A stretch of DNA of 35,564 bases from Eledone cirrhosa (taxonomy: Eukaryota). Location: assembly GCA_964016885.1 (NCBI GenBank), contig CAXHJY010001151.1, positions 1 through 35,564 on the forward strand, read 5' to 3'. Made by a program: the position numbers and the translations under genes. Below, in pieces: positions 25,401-35,564 of the stretch (position 1 is the first letter of the stretch; each line of letters starts with the position of its first letter). The notes beneath the pieces were generated by a model that made no database searches, had not been told where the DNA came from, and saw only the letters and a program-made list of their open reading frames with translations.

Positions 25401-26751
25401 GAACCAAACCGTGTTAAACGTCAACAAAGTCCGCCGGCGAATGGTGTGCTTCGAAGAAAACGAATCCAAAAATGGCGATTTGCCGGCGGAGTTACCTTTT
25501 CAATCGCGGGTCGGCCGCCCGTGGTCGGATCGATCTGTAATTACTGGTACATGTGCAGACACTCATTGGCTATGTGTGGCGTGAATTTCAGCAAGATATC
25601 TCCGTAAAATCAATAGTTGTGGCTGTGGAACCAAACCGTGTTAAACGTCAGCAAAGTCCGCCGGCGAATGGTGTGCTTCGAAGAAAACGAATCCAAAAAT
25701 GACGATTTGCCGGCGGAGTTACCTTTTCAATCGCGGGCCGGCCGCCCGTGGTCGGATCGATCTGTAATTACTGGTACATGTGCAGACACTCATTGGCTAT
25801 GTGTGGCGTGAATTTCAGCAAGATATCTCCGTAAAATCAATAGTTGTGGCTGTGGAACCAAACCGTGTTAAACGTCAACAAAGTCCGCCGGCGAATGGTG
25901 TGCTTCGAAGAAAACGAATCCAAAAATGGCGATTTGCCGGCGGAGTTACCTTTTCAATCGCGGGCCGGCCGCCCGTGGTCGGATCGATCTGTAATTACTG
26001 GTACATGTGCAGACACTCATTGGCTATGTGTGGCGTGAATTTCAGCAAGATATCTCCGTAAAATCAATAGTTGTGGCTGTGGAACCAAACCGTGTTAAAC
26101 GTCAACAAAGTCCGCCGGCGAATGGTGTGCTTCGAAGAAAACGAATCCAAAAATGGCGATTTGCCGGCGGAGTTACCTTTTCAATCGCGGGCCGGCCGCC
26201 CGTGGTCGGATCGATCTGTAATTACTGGTACATGTGCAGACACTCATTGGCTATGTGTGGCGTGAATTTCAGCAAGATATCTCCGTAAAATCAATAGTTG
26301 TGGCTGTGGAACCAAACCGTGTTAAACGTCAACAAAGTCCGCCGGCGAATGGTGTGCTTCGAAGAAAACGAATCCAAAAATGGCGATTTGCCGGCGGAGT
26401 TACCTTTTCAATCGCGGGTCGGCCGCCCGTGGTCGGATCGATCTGTAATTACTGGTACATGTGCAGACACTCATTGGCTATGTGTGGCGTGAATTTCAGC
26501 AAGATATCTCCGTAAAATCAATAGTTGTGGCTGTGGAACCAAACCGTGTTAAACGTCAGCAAAGTCCGCCGGCGAATGGTGTGCTTCGAAGAAAACGAAT
26601 CCAAAAATGACGATTTGCCGACGGAGTTACCTTTTCAATCGCGGGCCGGCCGCCCGTGGTCGGATCGATCTGTAATTACTGGTACATGTGCAGACACTCA
26701 TTGGCTATGTGTGGCGTGAATTTCAGCAAGATATCTCCGTAAAATCAATAG

Positions 26752-29700
26752 TTGTGGCTGTGGAACCAAACCGTGTTAAACGTCAGCAAAGTCCGCCGGC
26801 GAATGGTGTGCTTCGAAGAAAACGAATCCAAAAATGACGATTTGCCGGCGGAGTTACCTTTTCAATCACGGCCCGGCCGCCCGTGGTCGGATCGATCTGT
26901 AATTACTGGTACATGTGCAGACACTCATTGGCTATGTGTGGCGTGAATTTCAGCAAGATATCTCCGTAAAATCAATAGTTGTGGCTGTGGAACCAAACCG
27001 TGTTAAACGTCAACAAAGTCCGCCGGCGAATGGTGTGCTTCGAAGAAAACGAATCCAAAAATGACGATTTGCCGGCGGAGTTACCTTTTCAATCGCGGGC
27101 CGGCCGCCCGTGGTCGGATCGATCTGTAATTACTGGTACATGTGCAGACACTCATTGGCTATGTGTGGCGTGAATTTCAGCAAGATATCTCCGTAAAATC
27201 AATAGTTGTGGCTGTGGAACCAAACCGTGTTAAACGTCAACAAAGTCCGCCGGCGAATGGTGTGCTTCGAAGAAAACGAATCCAAAAATGACGATTTGCC
27301 GGCGGAGTTACCTTTTCAATCGCGGGCCGGCCGCCCGTGGTCGGATCGATCTGTAATTACTGGTACATGTGCAGACACTCATTGGCTATGTGTGGCGTGA
27401 ATTTCAGCAAGATATCTCCGTAAAATCAATAGTTGTGGCTGTGGAACCAAACCGTGTTAAACGTCAACAAAGTCCGCCGGCGAATGGTGTGCTTCGAAGA
27501 AAACGAATCCAAAAATGACGATTTGCCGGCGGAGTTACCTTTTCAATCGCGGGCCGGCCGCCCGTGGTCGGATCGATCTGTAATTACTGGTACATGTGCA
27601 GACACTCATTGGCTATGTGTGGCGTGAATTTCAGCAAGATATCTCCGTAAAATCAATAGTTGTGGCTGTGGAACCAAACCGTGTTAAACGTCAGCAAAGT
27701 CCGCCGGCGAATGGTGTGCTTCGAAGAAAACGAATCCAAAAATGACGATTTGCCGGCGGAGTTACCTTTTCAATCACGGCCCGGCCGCCCGTGGTCGGAT
27801 CGATCTGTAATTACTGGTACATGTGCAGACACTCATTGGCTATGTGTGGCGTGAATTTCAGCAAGATATCTCCCTAAAATCAATAGTTGTGGCTGTGGAA
27901 CCAAACCGTGTTAAACGTCAACAAAGTCCGCCGGCGAATGGTGTGCTTCGAAGAAAACGAATCCAAAAATGACGATTTGCCGGCGGAGTTACCTTTTCAA
28001 TCGCGGGCCGGCCGCCCGTGGTCGGATCGATCTGTAATTACTGGTACATGTGCAGACACTCATTGGCTATGTGTGGCGTGAATTTCAGCAAGATATCTCC
28101 GTAAAATCAATAGTTGTGGCTGTGGAACCAAACCGTGTTAAACGTCAACAAAGTCCGCCGGCGAATGGTGTGCTTCGAAGAAAACGAATCCAAAAATGGC
28201 GATTTGCCGGCGGAGTTACCTTTTCAATCGCGGGTCGGCCGCCCGTGGTCGGATCGATCTGTAATTACTGGTACATGTGCAGACACTCATTGGCTATGTG
28301 TGGCGTGAATTTCAGCAAGATATCTCCGTAAAATCAATAGTTGTGGCTGTGGAACCAAACCGTGTTAAACGTCAGCAAAGTCCGCCGGCGAATGGTGTGC
28401 TTCGAAGAAAACGAATCCAAAAATGACGATTTGCCGGCGGAGTTACCTTTTCAATCGCGGGCCGGCCGCCCGTGGTCGGATCGATCTGTAATTACTGGTA
28501 CATGTGCAGACACTCATTGGCTATGTGTGGCGTGAATTTCAGCAAGATATCTCCGTAAAATCAATAGTTGTGGCTGTGGAACCAAACCGTGTTAAACGTC
28601 AGCAAAGTCCGCCGGCGAATGGTGTGCTTCGAAGAAAACGAATCCAAAAATGACGATTTGCCGGCGGAGTTACCTTTTCAATCACGGCCCGGCCGCCCGT
28701 GGTCGGATCGATCTGTAATTACTGGTACATGTGCAGACACTCATTGGCTATGTGTGGCGTGAATTTCAGCAAGATATCTCCGTAAAATCAATAGTTGTGG
28801 CTGTGGAACCAAACCGTGTTAAACGTCAACAAAGTCCGCCGGCGAATGGTGTGCTTCGAAGAAAACGAATCCAAAAATGACGATTTGCCGGCGGAGTTAC
28901 CTTTTCAATCGCGGGCCGGCCGCCCGTGGTCGGATCGATCTGTAATTACTGGTACATGTGCAGACACTCATTGGCTATGTGTGGCGTGAATTTCAGCAAG
29001 ATATCTCCGTAAAATCAATAGTTGTGGCTGTGGAACCAAACCGTGTTAAACGTCAGCAAAGTCCGCCGGCGAATGGTGTGCTTCGAAGAAAACGAATCCA
29101 AAAATGACGATTTGCCGGCGGAGTTACCTTTTCAATCACGGCCCGGCCGCCCGTGGTCGGATCGATCTGTAATTACTGGTACATGTGCAGACACTCATTG
29201 GCTATGTGTGGCGTGAATTTCAGCAAGATATCTCCCTAAAATCAATAGTTGTGGCTGTGGAACCAAACCGTGTTAAACGTCAACAAAGTCCGCCGGCGAA
29301 TGGTGTGCTTCGAAGAAAACGAATCCAAAAATGACGATTTGCCGGCGGAGTTACCTTTTCAATCGCGGGCCGGCCGCCCGTGGTCGGATCGATCTGTAAT
29401 TACTGGTACATGTGCAGACACTCATTGGCTATGTGTGGCGTGAATTTCAGCAAGATATCTCCGTAAAATCAATAGTTGTGGCTGTGGAACCAAACCGTGT
29501 TAAACGTCAACAAAGTCCGCCGGCGAATGGTGTGCTTCGAAGAAAACGAATCCAAAAATGGCGATTTGCCGGCGGAGTTACCTTTTCAATCGCGGGTCGG
29601 CCGCCCGTGGTCGGATCGATCTGTAATTACTGGTACATGTGCAGACACTCATTGGCTATGTGTGGCGTGAATTTCAGCAAGATATCTCCGTAAAATCAAT

Positions 29701-32199
29701 AGTTGTGGCTGTGGAACCAAACCGTGTTAAACGTCAACAAAGTCCGCCGGCGAATGGTGTGCTTCGAAGAAAACGAATCCAAAAATGACGATTTGCCGGC
29801 GGAGTTACCTTTTCAATCGCGGGCCGGCCGCCCGTGGTCGGATCGATCTGTAATTACTGGTACATGTGCAGACACTCATTGGCTATGTGTGGCGTGAATT
29901 TCAGCAAGATATCTCCGTAAAATCAATAGTTGTGGCTGTGGAACCAAACCGTGTTAAACGTCAACAAAGTCCGCCGGCGAATGGTGTGCTTCGAAGAAAA
30001 CGAATCCAAAAATGACGATTTGCCGGCGGAGTTACCTTTTCAATCGCGGGCCGGCCGCCCGTGGTCGGATCGATCTGTAATTACTGGTACATGTGCAGAC
30101 ACTCATTGGCTATGTGTGGCGTGAATTTCAGCAAGATATCTCCGTAAAATCAATAGTTGTGGCTGTGGAACCAAACCGTGTTAAACGTCAACAAAGTCCG
30201 CCGGCGAATGGTGTGCTTCGAAGAAAACGAATCCAAAAATGACGATTTGCCGGCGGAGTTACCTTTTCAATCGCGGGCCGGCCGCCCGTGGTCGGATCGA
30301 TCTGTAATTACTGGTACATGTGCAGACACTCATTGGCTATGTGTGGCGTGAATTTCAGCAAGATATCTCCGTAAAATCAATAGTTGTGGCTGTGGAACCA
30401 AACCGTGTTAAACGTCAGCAAAGTCCGCCGGCGAATGGTGTGCTTCGAAGAAAACGAATCCAAAAATGACGATTTGCCGGCGGAGTTACCTTTTCAATCA
30501 CGGCCCGGCCGCCCGTGGTCGGATCGATCTGTAATTACTGGTACATGTGCAGACACTCATTGGCTATGTGTGGCGTGAATTTCAGCAAGATATCTCCCTA
30601 AAATCAATAGTTGTGGCTGTGGAACCAAACCGTGTTAAACGTCAACAAAGTCCGCCGGCGAATGGTGTGCTTCGAAGAAAACGAATCCAAAAATGACGAT
30701 TTGCCGGCGGAGTTACCTTTTTAATCGCGGGCCGGCCGCCCGTGGTCGGATCGATCTGTAATTACTGGTACATGTGCAGACACTCATTGGCTATGTGTGG
30801 CGTGAATTTCAGCAAGATATCTCCGTAAAATCAATAGTTGTGGCTGTGGAACCAAACCGTGTTAAACGTCAGCAAAGTCCGCCGGCGAATGGTGTGCTTC
30901 GAAGAAAACGAATCCAAAAATGACGATTTGCCGGCGGAGTTACCTTTTCAATCACGGCCCGGCCGCCCGTGGTCGGATCGATCTGTAATTACTGGTACAT
31001 GTGCAGACACTCATTGGCTATGTGTGGCGTGAATTTCAGCAAGATATCTCCGTAAAATCAATAGTTGTGGCTGTGGAACCAAACCGTGTTAAACGTCAAC
31101 AAAGTCCGCCGGCGAATGGTGTGCTTCGAAGAAAACGAATCCAAAAATGACGATTTGCCGGCGGAGTTACCTTTTCAATCGCGGGCCGGCCGCCCGTGGT
31201 CGGATCGATCTGTAATTACTGGTACATGTGCAGACACTCATTGGCTATGTGTGGCGTGAATTTCAGCAAGATATCTCCGTAAAATCAATAGTTGTGGCTG
31301 TGGAACCAAACCGTGTTAAACGTCAACAAAGTCCGCCGGCGAATGGTGTGCTTCGAAGAAAACGAATCCAAAAATGACGATTTGCCGGCGGAGTTACCTT
31401 TTCAATCGCGGGCCGGCCGCCCGTGGTCGGATCGATCTGTAATTACTGGTACATGTGCAGACACTCATTGGCTATGTGTGGCGTGAATTTCAGCAAGATA
31501 TCTCCGTAAAATCAATAGTTGTGGCTGTGGAACCAAACCGTGTTAAACGTCAACAAAGTCCGCCGGCGAATGGTGTGCTTCGAAGAAAACGAATCCAAAA
31601 ATGACGATTTGCCGGCGGAGTTACCTTTTCAATCGCGGGCCGGCCGCCCGTGGTCGGATCGATCTGTAATTACTGGTACATGTGCAGACACTCATTGGCT
31701 ATGTGTGGCGTGAATTTCAGCAAGATATCTCCGTAAAATCAATAGTTGTGGCTGTGGAACCAAACCGTGTTAAACGTCAGCAAAGTCCGCCGGCGAATGG
31801 TGTGCTTCGAAGAAAACGAATCCAAAAATGACGATTTGCCGGCGGAGTTACCTTTTCAATCACGGCCCGGCCGCCCGTGGTCGGATCGATCTGTAATTAC
31901 TGGTACATGTGCAGACACTCATTGGCTATGTGTGGCGTGAATTTCAGCAAGATATCTCCCTAAAATCAATAGTTGTGGCTGTGGAACCAAACCGTGTTAA
32001 ACGTCAACAAAGTCCGCCGGCGAATGGTGTGCTTCGAAGAAAACGAATCCAAAAATGACGATTTGCCGGCGGAGTTACCTTTTTAATCGCGGGCCGGCCG
32101 CCCGTGGTCGGATCGATCTGTAATTACTGGTACATGTGCAGACACTCATTGGCTATGTGTGGCGTGAATTTCAGCAAGATATCTCCGTAAAATCAATAG
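26752..32199. repeat. A50-rich domain with 6-monomer (1,362 bp) periodicity
   Basis: The G179C marker sits at 27874, 29236, 30598 and 31960, exactly 1362 apart. The rare C76T variant at 30722 and 32084 is also 1362 apart. Confidence 0.82.
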
Positions 32200-35100
32200 T
32201 TGTGGCTGTGGAACCAAACCGTGTTAAACGTCAACAAAGTCCGCCGGCGAATGGTGTGCTTCGAAGAAAACGAATCCAAAAATGGCGATTTGCCGGCGGA
32301 GTTACCTTTTCAATCGCGGGCCGGCCGCCCGTGGTCGGATCGATCTGTAATTACTGGTACATGTGCAGACACTCATTGGCTATGTGTGGCGTGAATTTCA
32401 GCAAGATATCTCGGTAAAATCAATAGTTGTGGCTGTGGAACCAAACCGTGTTAAACGTCAACAAAGTCCGCCGGCGAATGGTGTGCTTCGAAGAAAACGA
32501 ATCCAAAAATGGCGATTTGCCGGCGGAGTTACCTTTTCAATCGCGGGCCGGCCGCCCGTGGTCGGATCGATCTGTAATTACTGGTACATGTGCAGACACT
32601 CATTGGCTATGTGTGGCGTGAATTTCAGCAAGATATCTCGGTAAAATCAATAGTTGTGGCTGTGGAACCAAACCGTGTTAAACGTCAACAAAGTCCGCCG
32701 GCGAATGGTGTGCTTCGAAGAAAACGAATCCAAAAATGGCGATTTGCCGGCGGAGTTACCTTTTCAATCGCGGGCCGGCCGCCCGTGGTCGGATCGATCT
32801 GTAATTACTGGTACATGTGCAGACACTCATTGGCTATGTGTGGCGTGAATTTCAGCAAGATATCTCCGTAAAATCAATAGTTGTGGCTGTGGAACCAAAC
32901 CGTGTTAAACGTCAACAAAGTCCGCCGGCGAATGGTGTGCTTCGAAGAAAACGAATCCAAAAATGGCGATTTGCCGGCGGAGTTACCTTTTCAATCGCGG
33001 GTCGGCCGCCCGTGGTCGGATCGATCTGTAATTACTGGTACATGTGCAGACACTCATTGGCTATGTGTGGCGTGAATTTCAGCAAGATATCTCCGTAAAA
33101 TCAATAGTTGTGGCTGTGGAACCAAACCGTGTTAAACGTCAGCAAAGTCCGCCGGCGAATGGTGTGCTTCGAAGAAAACGAATCCAAAAATGACGATTTG
33201 CCGGCGGAGTTACCTTTTCAATCGCGGGCCGGCCGCCCGTGGTCGGATCGATCTGTAATTACTGGTACATGTGCAGACACTCATTGGCTATGTGTGGCGT
33301 GAATTTCAGCAAGATATCTCCGTAAAATCAATAGTTGTGGCTGTGGAACCAAACCGTGTTAAACGTCAGCAAAGTCCGCCGGCGAATGGTGTGCTTCGAA
33401 GAAAACGAATCCAAAAATGACGATTTGCCGGCGGAGTTACCTTTTCAATCACGGCCCGGCCGCCCGTGGTCGGATCGATCTGTAATTACTGGTACATGTG
33501 CAGACACTCATTGGCTATGTGTGGCGTGAATTTCAGCAAGATATCTCCGTAAAATCAATAGTTGTGGCTGTGGAACCAAACCGTGTTAAACGTCAACAAA
33601 GTCCGCCGGCGAATGGTGTGCTTCGAAGAAAACGAATCCAAAAATGACGATTTGCCGGCGGAGTTACCTTTTCAATCGCGGGCCGGCCGCCCGTGGTCGG
33701 ATCGATCTGTAATTACTGGTACATGTGCAGACACTCATTGGCTATGTGTGGCGTGAATTTCAGCAAGATATCTCCGTAAAATCAATAGTTGTGGCTGTGG
33801 AACCAAACCGTGTTAAACGTCAACAAAGTCCGCCGGCGAATGGTGTGCTTCGAAGAAAACGAATCCAAAAATGACGATTTGCCGGCGGAGTTACCTTTTC
33901 AATCGCGGGCCGGCCGCCCGTGGTCGGATCGATCTGTAATTACTGGTACATGTGCAGACACTCATTGGCTATGTGTGGCGTGAATTTCAGCAAGATATCT
34001 CCGTAAAATCAATAGTTGTGGCTGTGGAACCAAACCGTGTTAAACGTCAACAAAGTCCGCCGGCGAATGGTGTGCTTCGAAGAAAACGAATCCAAAAATG
34101 ACGATTTGCCGGCGGAGTTACCTTTTCAATCGCGGGCCGGCCGCCCGTGGTCGGATCGATCTGTAATTACTGGTACATGTGCAACACTCATTGGCTATGT
34201 GTGGCGTGAATTTCAGCAAGATATCTCCGTAAAATCAATAGTTGTGGCTGTGGAACCAAACCGTGTTAAACGTCAGCAAAGTCCGCCGGCGAATGGTGTG
34301 CTTCGAAGAAAACGAATCCAAAAATGACGATTTGCCGGCGGAGTTACCTTTTCAATCACGGCCCGGCCGCCCGTGGTCGGATCGATCTGTAATTACTGGT
34401 ACATGTGCAGACACTCATTGGCTATGTGTGGCGTGAATTTCAGCAAGATATCTCCCTAAAATCAATAGTTGTGGCTGTGGAACCAAACCGTGTTAAACGT
34501 CAACAAAGTCCGCCGGCGAATGGTGTGCTTCGAAGAAAACGAATCCAAAAATGACGATTTGCCGGCGGAGTTACCTTTTCAATCGCGGGCCGGCCGCCCG
34601 TGGTCGGATCGATCTGTAATTACTGGTACATGTGCAGACACTCATTGGCTATGTGTGGCGTGAATTTCAGCAAGATATCTCCGTAAAATCAATAGTTGTG
34701 GCTGTGGAACCAAACCGTGTTAAACGTCAACAAAGTCCGCCGGCGAATGGTGTGCTTCGAAGAAAATGAATCCAAAAATGGCGATTTGCCGGCGGAGTTA
34801 CCTTTTCAATCGCGGGCCGGCCGCCCGTGGTCGGATCGATCTGTAATTACTGGTACATGTGCAGACACTCATTGGCTATGTGTGGCGTGAATTTCAGCAA
34901 GATATCTCCGTAAAATCAATAGTTGTGGCTGTGGAACCAAACCGTGTTAAAAGTCAGCAAAGTCCGCCGGCGAATGGTGTGCTTCGAAGAAAACGAATCC
35001 AAAAATGACGATTTGCCGGCGGAGTTACCTTTTCAATCGCGGGCCGGCCGCCCGTGGTCGGATCGATCTGTAATTACTGGTACATGTGCAGACACTCATT

Positions 35101-35564
35101 GGCTATGTGTGGCGTGAATTTCAGCAAGATATCTCCGTAAAATCAATAGTTGTCGCTGTGGAACCAAACCGTGTTAAACGTCAACAAAGTCCGCCGGCGA
35201 ATGGTGTGCTTCGAAGAAAACGAATCCAAAAATGACGATTTGCCGGCGGAGTTACCTTTTCAATCGCGGGCCGGCCGCCCGTGGTCGGATCGATCTGTAA
35301 TTACTGGTACATGTGCAGACACTCATTGGCTATGTGTGGCGTGAATTTCAGCAAGATATCTCCGTAAAATCAATAGTTGTGGCTGTGGAACCAAACCGTG
35401 TTAAACGTCAACAAAGTCCGCCGGCGAATGGTGTGCTTCGAAGAAAACGAATCCAAAAATGGCGATTTGCCGGCGGAGTTACCTTTTCAATCGCGGGCCG
35501 GCCGCCCGTGGTCGGATCGATCTGTAATTACTGGTACATGTGCAGACACTCATTGGCTATGTGT

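Larger units (their letters stand above)
1..35564. repeat. Tandem satellite-type array of a 227-bp monomer, ~156.7 copies, highly homogeneous
   Basis: The same 227-mer (AAAGTCCGCCGGCGAATGG...CCGTGTTAAACGTCAAC) recurs throughout. Repeat-derived ORF starts step by 227 (420, 647, 874 ... 35150), except at four 1-bp indels. No non-repeat sequence was seen. Confidence 0.99.

Noticed and set aside
3510-26621. Singleton substitutions (3510 G>T, 7232 T>A, 17575 C>T, 26621 G>A)
   Set aside because: Each is seen once; they cannot be distinguished from sequencing error without reads.
128-35344. Hundreds of 64-aa and 93-aa + strand ORFs (MWLWNQ..., MQTLIG...)
   Set aside because: They start at TTG/GTG, overlap in different frames and show no recognisable domain. 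The 93-aa frame is stopped by the common A50 allele (TGG>TGA) in a large fraction of units, and C76T stops the 64-aa frame. The period is not a multiple of 3 and no long ORF runs through units.
1-35564. Rolling-circle concatemer of one small circle (viroid/satellite-RNA-sized, or RCA/MDA artefact)
   Set aside because: Copying one 227-nt template would give identical units with random errors. Here the variants are recurrent, linked and arranged in several different higher-order periods, which indicates a genomic array with history.
1-35564. CRISPR array or iteron/origin array
   Set aside because: No unique spacers, the unit is far too long, and there are no cas or rep genes.

Overview
The whole 35,564-bp window is one uninterrupted head-to-tail tandem array of a 227-bp monomer (about 156.7 copies, all in the same orientation, ~49% GC by hand count of the first monomer). 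Both ends are truncated inside the array. Copies differ from consensus by only about 0-5 substitutions. There is no unique sequence, credible gene, transposon insertion, CRISPR spacer or recognisable rRNA/tRNA, and all listed ORFs are repeat by-products. The array looks like a eukaryotic-type satellite DNA (possibly centromeric or heterochromatic), but I cannot name the family or organism. Two things stand out. (1) The monomer is densely packed with dyad symmetries whose imperfections are nearly all G-T on the + strand, and the - strand carries a CCAAT / GC-box / splice-donor / Sm-site-like motif series. (2) About a dozen recurrent SNPs define linked monomer subtypes arranged in nascent higher-order repeats (4-, 6-, 7-, 8/9-mers) and in blocks duplicated up to ~29 kb apart. 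Monomer positions (m1-m227) below refer to window positions 1-227. All counts are by eye.
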